Shown here: one piece after another, positions 38,975-51,895 of the stretch
Position numbering within the stretch: the stretch's first letter is position 1
Layout: each line of letters opens with the position of its first letter
Source: Heterodontus francisci
Lineage: Eukaryota
Length of the DNA stretch: 64,000 bases
Assembly: GCF_036365525.1 (NCBI RefSeq)
Contig: NC_090380.1
Span: forward strand, 24,268,406-24,332,405
Direction: 5' to 3'
The notes under the pieces: generated by a model
Databases searched by the model: none
What the model saw: only the letters and a program-made list of their open reading frames with translations
What the model was told of the DNA's origin: nothing
Program-made: the position numbers and the translations under genes

Positions 38975-39678
38975 CAGTACCATTCAGCCTATCGAGTCTG
39001 CAACAACTCTTTCAAAAGGAGCAATCCAGTTAGTCCCACTCCCCTGCTCTTTCCCTATACCCCTGTAAATTTTTCAACCAAGTATTTATCCAATTCCCTT
39101 TTGAAGGCTACTATTGAATCTGCATCCACCACCCTATCAGGCAGTGCATTCCAAATCTTAACCACTCGTTGCATTAAAGTTTTTCCTCATGTCACCTCTT
39201 GGTTCTTTGCCAGTCACCTTAAAGCTGTGCCCTCCAGTTATTGACCCTTTAGCCATTGGAAACAATCTCTATGAACACTATCCAAACCCTTCATGATTTT
39301 AAACACCTGTCAAATCTTCTAATATTCTTTGCTCCAAGGAGAACAACCCTAGCTTCTCCACATAACTAATCCCTCATCCCTGAACCATGCTAACAAATTT
39401 ATTCTGTAATCTCTCCAAAGCCTTCACATCCTTGTTAAACTGTCGTCCAGAATTTATATTTATAAAGCGCAGGATCCCATATGCTTTATTAACCTGTCCT
39501 GCCACCTACAAACATTTGTGCACAAACAGCCACACGTCTCCTCTTACCCGCACTTGAAAATTGTACCAGTTTGTATTACCTCTCCTCATTCCTCTTTACA
39601 AAATGTATCACCTCACTTTTCTGCATTGAATTTAATTTGCCATGTGCCTGCCCATTCCAGCCTGTCTATGCCCTCCTA
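38975..39678 (-). mobile_element. CR1 3' fragment in ITM2B intron 2, sense to the gene; proposed priming element of the retrocopy
   Basis: CR1 RT-end and 3'UTR sequence on the minus strand; shares its 5' junction and 3' motif ttgttgcagactc with the retrocopy. Confidence 0.8.
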
Positions 39679-39730
39679 AAGTTTACCTCTATTACCCCAT
39701 TTCAATCCAAGTTTTTTTTCAAAAAAGTAT

Positions 39731-41787
39731 TCTTCTTTTCTTTTTCTTTTGGGCCTCCTTATCTCGAGAGACAATGGATACGCGCCTGGAGGTGGTCAGT
39801 GGTTTGTGAAGCAGCGCCTGGAGTGGCTATAAAGGCCAATTCTGGAGTAACAGGCTCTTCCACAGGTGCTGCAGAGAAATTTGTTTGTTGGGGCTGTTGC
39901 ACAGTTGGCTCTCCCCTTGCGCCTGTCTTTTTTCCTGCCAACTACTAAGTCTCTTCGACTCGCCACAATTTAGCCCTGTCTTTATGGCTGCCCGCCAGCT
40001 CTGGCGAATGCTGGCAACTGACTCCCACGACTTGTGATCAATGTCACACGATTTCATGTCGCGTTTGCAGACGTCTTTATAACGGAGACATGGACGGCCG
40101 GTGGGTCTGATACCAGTGGCGAGCTCGCTGTACAATGTGTCTTTGGGGATCCTGCCATCTTCCATGCGGCTCACATGGCCAAGCCATCTCAAGCGCCGCT
40201 GACTCAGTAGTGTGTATAAGCTGGGGGTGTTGGCCGCTTCAAGGACTTCTGTGTTGGAGATATAGTCCTGCCACCTGATGCCAAGTATTCTCCGAAGGCA
40301 GCGAAGATGGAATGAATTGAGACGTCGCTCTTGGCTGGCATACGTTGTCCAGGCCTCGCTGCCGTAGAGCAAGGTACTGAGGACACAGGCCTGATACACT
40401 TGGACTTGTGTTCCGTGTCAGTGCGCCATTTTCCCACACTCTCTTGGCCAGTCTGGACATAGCAGTGGAAGCCTTACCCATGCGCTTGTTGATTTCTGCA
40501 TCGAGAGACAGGTTACTGGTGATAGTTGAGCCTAGGTAGGTGAACTCTTGAACCACTTCCAGAGCGTGGTCGCCAATATTGATGGATGGAGCATTTCTGA
40601 CATCCTGCCCCATGATGTTCGTTTTCTTGAGGCTGATGGTTAGGCCAAATTCATTGCAGGCAGACGCAAACCTGTCGATGAGACTCTGCAGGCATTCTTC
40701 AGTGTGAGATGTTAAAGCAGCATCGTCAGCAAAGAGGAGTTCTCTGATGAGGACTTTCCGTACTTTGGACTTCGCTCTTAGACGGGCAAGGTTGAACAAC
40801 CTGCCCCCTGATCTTGTGTGGAGGAAAATTCCTTCTTCAGAGGATTTGAACGCATGTGAAAGCAGCAGGGAGAAGAAAATCCCAAAAAGTGTGGGTGCGA
40901 GAACACAGCCCTGTTTCACACCACTCAGGATAGGAAAGGGCTCTGATGAGGAGCCACCATGTTGAATTGTGCCTTTCATATTGTCATGGAATGAGGTGAT
41001 GATACTTAGTAGCTTTGGTGGACATCCGATCTTTTCTAGTAGTCTGAAGAGACCACGTCTGCTGACGAGGTCAAAGGCTTTGGTGAGATCAATGAAAGCA
41101 ATGTAGAGGGGCATCTGTTGTTCACGGCATTTCTCCTGTATCTGACGAAGGGAGAACAGCATGTCAATAGTCGATCTCTCTGCACGAAAGCCACACTGTG
41201 CCTCAGGGTAGACGCGCTCGGCCAGCTTCTGGAGCCTGTTCAGAGCGACTCGAGCAAAGACTTTCCCCACTATGCTGAGCAGGGAGATTCCACGGTAGTT
41301 GTTGCAGTCACCGCGGTCACCTTTGTTTTTATAGAGGGTGATGATGTTGGCATCGCGCATGTCCTGGGGTACTGCTCCCTCGTCCCAGCACAGGCATAGC
41401 AGTTCATGTAGTGCTGAGAGTATAGCAGGCTTGGCACTCTTGATTATTTCAGGGGTAATGCTGTCCTTCCCAGGGGCTTTTCCGCTGGCTAGGGAATCAA
41501 TGGCATCACTGAGTTCCGATTTGGTTGGCTGTATGTCCAGCTCATCCATGACTGGTAGAGGCTGGGCTGCATTGAGGGCAGTCTCAGTGACAGCATTCTC
41601 CCTGGAGTACAGTTCTAGGTAGTGCTCAACCCAGCGGTCCATCTGTTTGCGTTGGTCAGTGATTATGTCCCCCGATTTAGATTTGAGGGGGGTGATCTTC
41701 TTGATGGTTGGCCCAAGAGCTCTCTTCATGCCATCATACATTCCTCTGATGTTTCCGGTGTCTGAGGCCAGCTGAATATGACTGCAT
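39731..41787 (-). mobile_element. Young 5'-truncated RTE-clade LINE with 52-bp TSD
   Basis: 500-aa ORF with RT (NYRGISLLS, QCGFR, FIDLTKAFD, GVKQGC, LLFADD); two frameshifts lead to LLYGSEAW and the C-terminal motif CSTCGRACYSRIGLYSHSRRC; (AAAAG)n-like tail; identical 52-bp flanks 39679-39730 and 41788-41839. Confidence 0.95.
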
Positions 41788-42132
41788 AAGTTTACCTCTA
41801 TTACCCCATTTCAATCCAAGTTTTTTTTCAAAAAAGTATACATTAAGATTAAGTTGCAAATTTCAGCCCAACAATGAAATGTACTACACAAGTATTGCAT
41901 AACATGAAAACTTACTCTTGAGCAATAGTGCAGTTTATGTTATGGTTCAGTTTATCCACACAAAGAAATTAAGCTTTGCTGGACAAGTTAGTGCACAAAA
42001 TTAATTTAAATCTGACTAAGGATGCCTTGTCATCCTTGCATCTAAGAACATCTGCACTCCATCACACATTTAATCTTAACTGTCAAAGCATAAGATCAGG
42101 TTTAAAAAAAATCCAATTTGGCAGTCTCCTAC

Positions 42133-42261
42133 CTGCAAGATAAAGTACCTGTACAGATATGCACCACCAACCACCACACCAGACAGCATAAGCGCTAGTC
42201 CAAGACACATGCACCAGCACCAGACACGCGACTGGCGTCTAAATGGAACATCCTCTGGATC
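42133..42261 (-). CDS. ITM2B: ITM2B exon 2 (DPEDVPFRRQSRVWCWCMCLGLALMLSGVVVGGAYLYRYFILQ), transmembrane segment
   Basis: 129 nt, AG/GT boundaries, WCWCMC..GGAYLY motif of BRI2. Confidence 0.95.
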
Positions 42262-42419
42262 CTATATTTAAAAAAGAAGAAATGTTACTTCAGTATCATA
42301 GCAAGCACCAACACTGCAAATGTACAGATTTCTGCTCTTTAGAGAACTATGTGTCTAGCTCTCCATATTTCATTTGCTATTGACTAGATGTTTACCGGAG
42401 ATCATACATTGTTATTAAT

Positions 42420-43210
42420 TACTTTCAATACAATATTGAAAAGACTGAAGCCATTGTTTTCAGTTCCCGCTACAAACTTCATTCCCTAGCTAACAACTCC
42501 ATGGAAATTGTCAGCCTAAACCAGTCTGTTTGCAACCTTGGTGACATGTTTGACCAGAGATGTGCTTCCAACCACATTCACAACAGCACTAAGGCTGTCT
42601 ATTTCCAACTCCATTGCAGACTTTGCCCCGGTCTCCACCCATCTGCCTCATTTGTGCCTCTTACCTCTAGACTTCACTATTCCAACACAATGCTAGCTGG
42701 TCTCCCACATTCTGCCCTCTGCAAGAATAAGGTCATCCAAAACTGTGCTGCCCTTGTCTTAACTCTCAAAGTCCTACTCCCTTATCACCCTTGTGCTCGC
42801 TGACCTACACTGGCTCTTTGTCAAGCAACATCTTGATTTAAAAATTCTCATTCTTATTTCTAAAACCCTCCAAGGCCTTGCCCCTCTATCTCCTCTCTTT
42901 CTCCCCCAAACTTTCAAGATATCTGCATTCCTCTAATTCTGGTCTTGAGCATCCCTGATTTTAATCACTCCACCACTGATGGCCACACCTTCAGCTGCCT
43001 ATGCCCTAAGCTCTGGAATTCCTTCCCTATATCTCTCTGCCTCCCTATCTCCCTTTCCTCCTTCACCCCATAAAACCTACCTCCTCGACCAAGCCTTTGC
43101 TCAGCTGACCCAATATCTCCGTACATGGCTCTGCCATTTTGTTTTATAATGCTCCTGTGAAGAACCTTGGGACATTTAATTAGATTAATGGTTCTAATAA
43201 TTTGTTGCAT
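42420..43210 (+). mobile_element. Decayed L2-like LINE 3' fragment
   Basis: TSRLHYSNTMLAGLP..IQNCAA remnants and an L2-type 3' end. Confidence 0.7.
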
Positions 43211-44019
43211 CAGCTGTAATATGCAACTTCAGTTTGACCCCCTTTTTTTAATGTCACAGCTCTACCAGCACTTACACTACTAGAGACAATGGTTTTGAAA
43301 TTCATAAAGATCCTGCTATAATCCCCATGACTGCATCCTCCCCTCACACCCCAAAGAGAATGAACAGTTGAATATTTTTGTCTACTACTGTTAGAAATTG
43401 TGGAGTACTTGAGAAACCCAACAAAAATGCTACCATGTTCATCTCCAAATGCTCAGTTGAAGGTTAGTGCTGGAACCAATCATTACTCAGTCTGACATCT
43501 ATTTAGAATTAAACATTACAAGTTTACACCTTCTAACTGAAGACAAATTTCAAAATGAATCTTAGTGTTCAACTGAAACCCCAGTTAATGCCCACCACCT
43601 GTATACAAACATAATTAGTATACAATTAACATTCTCAAGCAATTTTCAGAGCGAGCACCATTTTATCTAATATGCTTTTTCTGCATTGCAAAAGTGCACT
43701 TGAGTAGCTAAAATGCATTGTGCAATGTAGATGATATTGCTGGGTTAAAGACAACAAATCTTCTCTAGTAAATTAAAAAACCGAATTATATAATAATTTG
43801 AATGATAATGTTGAGCAAGTATTCTCTATTCAACCAACAGATGCCCAATACATGATCAAATGCACAACGAGGACCTTGACTAGGATTTTAGAGTTACAAT
43901 TTTATAAGAATGTCATTTCCAAAATATTCTACTTGTTCAGGTTAATTTAATTGCAACATAAAAGATTGGGGGATGCACAGTACAAAGATATTCATTCTTA
44001 TGATATAGATTGGGGGGCC

Positions 44020-45552
44020 TTCAAAGAGGAGTTGGTTTGAGTAGCGTAGGAACAGTCCCGAGAGGGAAAGAAAGGGAATTCAAAAGGTACAGTCCCCTGG
44101 ATGACAAAAGATAGAAAAAGGAGGCTCATTGTAAGGCTCATTCTATATTCAGCTTGGTTCTCTGCTGCATTATGAAAGTAGAGAGGAGATCTAAAAGGGA
44201 ATAAGAGGAACAAAGGGATGAGAACAGATTAGTAACTAAAATAAAAACCCATAAGTCTTCTATAAGCACACAAGAAGAGGGCAGTCAAAGGAAGAGGCAG
44301 AAGCATGGCCGAGATACTAAATGAGCACTTGGCATCTGTCTTTACTGAAGAGGATGACGCCCATGTAGCAGGAAAAGGAGACAGTAGTGATTGACGATAA
44401 AAAAAAATAAAGAGAATGTACTTAAAAGGCTGGCAATCCTCAAAAGTAGAACAGTCACCTCGTCTGGGAGAGGATTTTTTTATTTTTTTTTATTATGTCA
44501 TTGGATGTGGGAGTTGCTGGCAAGGCGAACATTTGTTGCCCATCCCTAATTGCCCTTGACAACTGAGTGGCTTGCTACGTCATTTCAGAGGGGAGTGTGG
44601 ATCTGGAGTCACATGTAAGCCAGACCAGATGAGGACAGCAGATTTCCTTCCCTAAAAGGACATTCGTGCACCAGTTGGGACGGACCCGACTGACCTTAAA
44701 CTCCACCAGCTGTTGGTGGGATTTAAACCAGTATCCCCAGAGCATTAGTCTGGGCCTCTGGATTACTAATTGAGACACATTACCACTATACCGCCATCTC
44801 CTAGGAAGCCAAGGGAAGCAAGGGTGGAAATCGCAGGGACTCTAGCTGCAATCTTCTAATCCTCCTTGCTTATGCAGGTGGTGCCAAAGGCCTAGAGTTT
44901 GTAAATGTTACACTCTTGCTTCAAAAAAAAAGGACTAAATTCAGCAACAAGTCAGTCAGCCTGGTGGGGAAACAAAAAAAAAATACAGAACAGAATGAAT
45001 TGGCAGTTGGCAAAGAATGGGCCAATAAATGTATGACAGCACAGATTTGTTAAAGGCCAATCAAGTTCTTTGATGAAACAACAAAAGGATTGATGAGAGT
45101 AATGCAGTTCACGTATATACAAACTTTCAAAAGGTGTTTGACAAAGTAACAATAGACTTTTTAAACCCCGCGGGCTTAAAGGAACAGTGGCAATGTGAAT
45201 ATAAAATTGACTAAAATACCAAAAGCAGACAGTAGTGGCAAATGGTTGATATTTTTTTAAAGACTGGATGGAGGTGTTGCTCAGTGTTTAGTAATGGGAC
45301 GACTCTTGATATATATTAACTTGGACTTGGGCATACAGGGCATAATTCAAAAGTTGCAGGTGATACAAAACTCAAATTGTTGTAAACTATGAGGACAGTA
45401 ACAGACATCTGGAGGACATAGACCAGTAAAATGGGCAGACACAGGGCTACAGGGAAAGAGCTGAAGAGTGGGACTAATTGTATTGCTCTACCAAAGAGCC
45501 AGCACAGGCACAAAGGGTCAAATGTCCTACTTCTGTGTTGTATCATTCTATG
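44020..45552 (+). mobile_element. Decayed CR1 fragments with a nested minus-strand SINE (about 44490-44801)
   Basis: CR1 RT remnants, 3' tail cattctatga at about 45545; SINE matches the 11173-11575 family. Confidence 0.65.
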
Positions 45553-48500
45553 ATAGTAGTATCTTGCTCCTCGAATCTAGAGCAGACGTGACTTTTGTCA
45601 GACATTAAACAGCAATGGTACTAGTTTACGAGAAAGCCATTTGGACTATGGACTTTTTCCTTTTGCTAAGCAATTATGAAATGGGGAAAATCCGCCAGGT
45701 TGCATCACCACCTCCCAGACACTAGTGTAGGTCTTCAGTTAATACTGAAAAATACTGGTATAGGAAAGGAATATATCTACAGGCAAAAAGTCAAAATGAG
45801 AATTAGGGAAGATGACCACAAATATAGTTGAAAAATATGGGATTAGTAAATGTCTTTTTTTTTTAAAAAAAAAGACAAGTGGAGCAGACAACTGAATTCA
45901 TAGTGGAGGAACAGAGCTGAAGGGGGAGAAAGAGGAAAGAGTAGAGTGCCAGAAGGCAAAAGTCAGGAACAGGAGAAGGAATATATGGCTGGAGTAGTTT
46001 GCAGAGGCCAAGTTGGGTACGGCTGTGGAGGGATTTAAGGAAGCAGATTTTAAATTCAGTACTAAAGGAATGAGGGAGCACATGTAGTCAGCAAGGATTG
46101 GGCTAATCGGCAGCTGAATTTTGAGCAGGTTTGAAGGATGGAAAACCAAAAATAAAAGAACCTGGAAGTAGCAAAAACATACACAAGGATTTTGGTTCCA
46201 TTCAGTTAAGGTGGGATGAAAGTGAGCAATGTTTAAGGTGGAACTAAGCACTATTAATTTTGCATTTATGTTCCCTTGTTCTAAATTCAACTAGAAAATC
46301 TATTTTTATCTACCCTGCCTCATTCCTTTACAAGTTTAAAGAAAAATTTATTTATATTGTGTCTTTAACATAAAATATTCCAAGACACTTCGAGGCATTA
46401 TAAAACAAAAGGACACCATGCTACATAAGGAGTTATTACGTCAATGAGGTAAGTTTTAAAGAATGTCACGCTTACGAGAAGTGCAATGAAAAAGACTCAA
46501 ACTGAAGTGTTAGAAAAAAATTGACTTCACCTTTAAAAAAAAATGCTGCAAAAGATGGCCACACGTGCAATCGAACATGGCCACACAGTTTAAAACAAAG
46601 GATACCTAACAAGGTTGAGGGGTGTCACCTGCACCCATCCTAAACCATTTCTGAATTGAATGGGCTGTTCTGAAACAAAGATGTGAAGTTGCCTAGGCCA
46701 TTGTCGATCACCAGAAGGAGATCGACCCATGTCTCCCAGCAGAGGCAAGATATAGCAAATTTTTACCTTAAAGTCAGGCCTTGCTTCCAGCTAAGAGGGT
46801 GGGAGAAATCCAGCAAGCCAGAAGGGAAGTACCCTGCTGTAGAATTCTACATCTTTACTTATACAGCAGTGAATTAGAAGTAATCCTCTCTTCAGCTGAA
46901 CTTTCACCATGAGAGAAACCTACTAACCACTCAGGCCTGCAACCAGAACTTGACTTCCAAGAGAATTCAACAGGTTTACCATGATTCCTGAAACCTACCC
47001 CACTTACAACCACTTACCCCTTTTCCTCTCTATCTGTCTCTTCTTGTGTGCATGCAAATGTGCGTGGATGCAGTTGCAACAAGTTCAGGATACGGCGTAC
47101 CAACTAGAAGGACAAGGGCAGCAGAAAGGAACACAACCACTTGCAAGTTCCCCTTCAAGTCACACATCCTGACTTGGAACTATATTGCTGTTCCTTCACT
47201 GCTGCAGGTTCAAAAACCTGGAACTCCCTCCTAACAGCACTGAGTGTACCTACACCAGTTGGACTGCAGAGGTTCAAGGCGGCTCGCCACCACTTTCTAA
47301 AGGACAATTAGGGATGGGCAACAAATGCTGGCCTTGCCAGCAATGCTCACGTCCCATGAAATAAAAAAGGAGCTGGGTCTGTGTACCTGTTAAAACAGAT
47401 CAAATCACCCCTTAAACATTTCTGCTCTAATTAAAAAATTTCCAATTTTTAAAAAATTATTCCTTGTCTCTCCTCACACTAAATAACACCCTAGTTGAGT
47501 CAGGGCTATCCCCTCCATTGCCTCAACATCCTCCCGATGATGTGGAATCCAAAAACTGTACAGTATCTACAACTGTGGACAATTTCAAAGATGGAGGAAA
47601 CAAGTCACTATTTCACAGCTGCACATTGTTCAACAAGAACAGTTGAACATAAGTGCAAAAAAAAGATTTACAGGGATGGTACCAGAACAGATATTAGAGC
47701 TATCAAGAAAGATTGAACAAGTTGGGACTTCTATGTTTAGAAAGACTTAGAGATGACCTGGTAAGTCTTCAAAATTATTAGTGAGTTGGACAGGGTAAAT
47801 GTGAAAAGAATAATTCCACTTGCAGCAGAATTCAAATCTAGGGACCATAAATAGAAGTTACTAATAAATGCAATAGGGAAATAAGGAGAAACATTTTTTC
47901 TAATTAGAACGTAGGGCTTGCCACCATAAGCGGTGGAGGCAAATAGCTTGGATGCTTTCAAACTGAAACTTTACGAGTACCTGAGAAAAAGGATCCTTTT
48001 ACTATCAGGTTTGCTACCCTGCCTTGTGATTTTGAATAAGTCTTTCTCTCTGCCTTCTCTTCAAGGAGAACTGCTACTAATCTTTCTTGCTGCGTTTTCC
48101 TGACGTTCTTAAGTATCTTGGGACTTTTTTTAAAGTTCTATACCGAGAGGGATAAAGATATTCTACCTGGAAGTTGGAGTGAGAGCATCGGTTTCGTTAT
48201 ATGAAGTAGCACTGCCATTAGAGATTTTATGTACCACCTCATCTGGTCAAGAAACATTCCCCCGAAACCAGCAGAGAAACAGAGTTGGCCGGAGACACAG
48301 AGTTTCAAGCCGAGCTCTTTGCTTGAAGCTAGTGTGTAGAGCCGGGAGTTCCCAGTGACGCCGCCGCTTCCTCCGGAGGGAGGGGGAGGAAGAAGCACTA
48401 AACACAAGGAGGATGAGCCCCGCGCACCGTCAGCCATTTTACAGCCGTCGTTCGAAAGGCCAAAGTCCGTTCTTTCCACAGTCGAGATTGGGGATGTTTA

Positions 48501-48702
48501 CCAGGCCCAAGCTCCCAGACTGAGAAGAGACTCCTCCGTTACTAAAGGCTGCATGTTGAGCTATAAAGTGAGAAGAGAAACCCCAATCTCTAGCTCACCA
48601 ACACTATCGGAACAAGCCGCACCGACACGGCTTCCTCTCTTACACAGGGCCCGGGACAGCCTATAAATGCCAAACCCTCCTTCCTGCGCCCGGGAAACGC
48701 AC

Positions 48703-48789
48703 CTTCTCGGGGATAATGAGCGCCTCGTTGTTCTCATCCTTCTTGGGCTCCTTCTGACTCAGGGACGAGTTAAATGATACTTTCACCAT
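48703..48789 (-). CDS. ITM2B: ITM2B coding exon 1 (MVKVSFNSSLSQKEPKKDENNEALIIPEK)
   Basis: Kozak ccaccATGG; matches the BRI2 N-terminus MVKV.FNS.L.QKE.KKDE..EALIIP; donor AAG|GTGCGT. Six exons total 777 nt, i.e. 258 aa plus stop. Confidence 0.95.
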
Positions 48790-48874
48790 GGTGGAAAAGT
48801 CAGGCAGCACACATCCAACAACTCAATTCACCACCAACTGAGTTCAACCGCCTCACTCCCTTCCTTTAATCATC

Positions 48875-48887
48875 CGCGTGACGCAGC
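48875..48887. promoter_or_regulatory. CRE/ATF-like site (cgcgtgacgca) in the ITM2B proximal promoter
   Basis: TGACGCA about 90 bp upstream of the ATG. Confidence 0.45.
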
Positions 48888-48921
48888 TCCCAAACAACAT
48901 GAACTCCCTCCCAGCTCATAT

Positions 48922-49295
48922 CGCCCCTCTCCCTCGCCCCGCCCCCTTTCCCTCGCCCCCGCCCCCTTTCCCTCTCCCTCTCCCTCTCCCCCGCCCCCTT
49001 TCCCTCTCCCTCTCCCCCGCCCCCTTTCCCTCGCCCCGCCCCGCCCCGCCCCCTTTCCCTCGCCCCGCCCCGCCCCCTTTCCCCCGCCCCGCCCCGCTTC
49101 CCTCGCCCCGCCCCCTCTCCCCGCCCCCTTTCCCCCGCCCCGCCCCGCTTCCCTCGCCCCGCCCCTCTCCCTCGCCCCCGCCCCCTTTCCCCCGCCTCGC
49201 CCCCGCCCCCTTTCCCCCGCACCGCCCCCGCCCCGCACCGCCCCCTTTCCCTCGCCCCGCCCCCGCCCCTTTCCCTCACCCTCTCCCTCTCCCCT
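48922..49295. repeat. GC-box minisatellite (unit about CCCCGCCCCCTTTCCCTCG) in the ITM2B promoter
   Basis: Irregular tandem repeats of ccccgcccc with tttccc/ctcg spacers; almost A-free on the plus strand. Confidence 0.9.
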
Positions 49296-49336
49296 GCGCC
49301 TCGCCTGGCAATCTGTCGCCCTGCCTCAACACCAGA

Positions 49337-50200
49337 ATCACAGAATTGTTACAGCACAGAAGAAGGCTGTTCCGACCATGGTGGTTGCACCGCTCTCTGA
49401 ATGAGCAATTTACGAAGTGCCATTCTTCCCCCCCAACCCTGCAGTTTCTTTGCGTAGTATAGTCTAATTCCCTTTTGAATGCCTCCATTGAACCTGCTTC
49501 CACCACACTCACAGGCAGTGCTTTCCAAACCGCTGCATGAAGAAGTTTTTCCTCCTGTCGCTTTTGCTTCTTTTGCCAATTTCTTTATATCTGTGCCTTC
49601 TCGCTCACGATGCTTTCACGAGTGGGAAGTGTCTCCCTTTTTACTCATTATTTTGAATATGACTTTCTGCCTTCTCTTCAAGGAAAACAGTCCTAACTTC
49701 TCCAATCTATCTTCATAACTGAAATTTCTCATCCCAGGAACCATCCTCGTGAATCATTTCTGCACTCTCCAGCTGAGGTTGAACTAGTGTCTTATACAAG
49801 TTCAACATAACCTCCTTGCTCTTGTACTCTGTGCTCCGATTAATAAAGCCTAGGATGCTGTATGCTTTATTAACCGCTCTCTCAAACTGTCCTGACATCT
49901 TCAATGACCTATGTGCATATACACCCAGGTCCCTCTCATCCTGCACCCTTTTAGAGTTTATACCCTTTATTTTCTATTGTCACTCTGTGTTCTTCCAACC
50001 AAAATGAATCACTCCACATTTCTCCACATTGAACTTCATCTGCCACTTGTCTGCCTATTCCACCAACTTGTCCATGTCCTTTTGAAGTTTAACACTATCC
50101 TCCTCATAGTTCACAATGCTTCCAAGTTTCGTATCATCTGCAAATTTTGAAATTGCGCCCTGGATGCAAGGTCTAGGTCATTGATACAGATCAGGAAGAG
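49337..50200 (-). mobile_element. CR1 3' fragment
   Basis: ERDLGVYAHRSLK..LYKTLVQPQLE; 3' end at about 49337. Confidence 0.8.
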
Positions 50201-50214
50201 CAAGTGCCCAACAC

Positions 50215-51895
50215 TGCAACAAAAACTTGTATTTATAATAGCCTTTAAGGCGCTTAACAGAAGTGTTATAAAACACAATTTTACATCAAACCACATAAGG
50301 GTGCAGATGTCCAGAAATCTGGTCCAGAAGTATGTTTTAAGGAGCCTCGTAAAGAAAGAAAAAGAGGTCGAGAATCATTGAGGTTTGGGGAGCGAATTCC
50401 AGAGGTTAGGGCCTTGGCAGCTAAAGCACAGCTTTAGAGGTAACAGTCTAGAGGTAACAAAGGCATGAACGAGGGTTTCAGCAGCAGATGAGCTGAGGCA
50501 GGGATGAAGTCGGGCAATAATAGAGGTGGAAATAGGTGGCGATCTTGGCGGTTGCTTGGACATATCAAAGGCGACATGAGGAAAGTTTTCTTTTGCAGCA
50601 AATGATTATGATCTGGATTGCACTGCCTGAAGGGGTGGTGGAGGCAGATTCAAACGTGGCTTTTAAAAGGGAATTAGATAAGTAATTGAAGGGAAAACAG
50701 TTGCAGGCCTATGGAGAAAGGGTGAGAGAGTTAGATTAGCTGAATTGCTCTTGCAGACAGACATGGCCTCCTTCTGTGCTGCAGCCATCCTATGATTCTA
50801 TGTGGTTGGAAGCTCAACTAGGGGTCAAATATGACACCAACATTGTGAACAATCTGGATCAGCCTCAAACAGTTGCCTGGGAGAGGGATGGAATCAATAG
50901 CTAGGGAGCAGAGTTTGTGATGGGGAGCAAAGATGGGGAAATTTCTGCTTATCCAGTACTGGATGTCAGACATGCAGTCGGAGAAATTAGCAACAGTGGA
51001 GGAGTCAAGAGAGGTGAAGGTGAGGTAGAGCTGGATGTCATTAGTGCATATGTTAAAACCGACATCGTGTGTGGATGATGTTGCCAAGGGGCAGCATGTA
51101 GATAAGGAAAAGCAAGGGGCTAAAGATAGATCCTTGGGGAACACCAGAGGTAATGTTGCAGGAAAGGGAAGACAAGCTATTGCAGGTGATACTCTGCCTA
51201 CAATTCAGTAGGTAAGTATGAACCAGGCGAGTACAGTCTCACCCAGCTGGATGACGGTGGAGAGGTATTGGAGGAAGATGGTGTGGCCAGCTGTGTAAAA
51301 GGCTGCAGAAAGACTGAGAAGGATAAGTGATAGTTTACCTTTGGCACTGTCAAATAGGTTGTCATTTGTGACTTCAATAAGAGCCATTTTGTTACTGTGG
51401 CAGGGACAGAAACCTAACTGGAATGATTCAAGCATGGAATTTCAGGAAAGATGGGCACAGATTTGGGAGGTGATAACACATTCAAGGACTTTGGAAAGGA
51501 AAGGGAGGTTGGAGATGAGTGGTAGTCTGCAAGGGTGGTGGGGGTAAAGGGTTTTTTTGAGGAGATTTTAGTAGATTTGAAGGAGAGAGGAACAACATCT
51601 GAAGAGAGAGAACCATTAACAATGTCAGGTAACATGGGGACCAGGAAGGGTAGTTGGGTGGTCAGCAGTTTAGTGATAATAGGTCAGGAGGTGGGTCTCA
51701 TGGACAAGATGAGCTCAGAGAGGGCATGAGGAGAGATAGGAGTGGAACTAGAGAACAATGTGAGTTCAGGGCTAAGATAAGAGGGAACCTTATTGGAAGC
51801 TTAGCCCAGTGGGCTAGGGGAAGGGAGGGAAATGGCAAAGGCAGCTGATTGGATGGTCTTGATCATCATGACTACAAAGTCTGTGAGCACCTCGC
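50215..51895 (-). mobile_element. Decayed L2-like LINE with a plus-strand CR1 3' end nested at about 50565-50802
   Basis: LESFQLGFCPCHS, DIQLYLTF..SDIQYW, AETLVHAFVTSRL remnants; nested CR1 tail ctatgattctatg. Confidence 0.75.

Noticed and set aside
46463-47095. Possible solo LTR (similar candidates at about 17238-17700 and 1-535)
   Set aside because: TG-start or CA-end and LTR-like composition only; I could not define both termini or a TSD.
48866-49462. Gly/Arg- and Pro-rich ORFs of 122-194 aa
   Set aside because: Artefacts of the stop-free GC-box minisatellite; no credible start or splice context.
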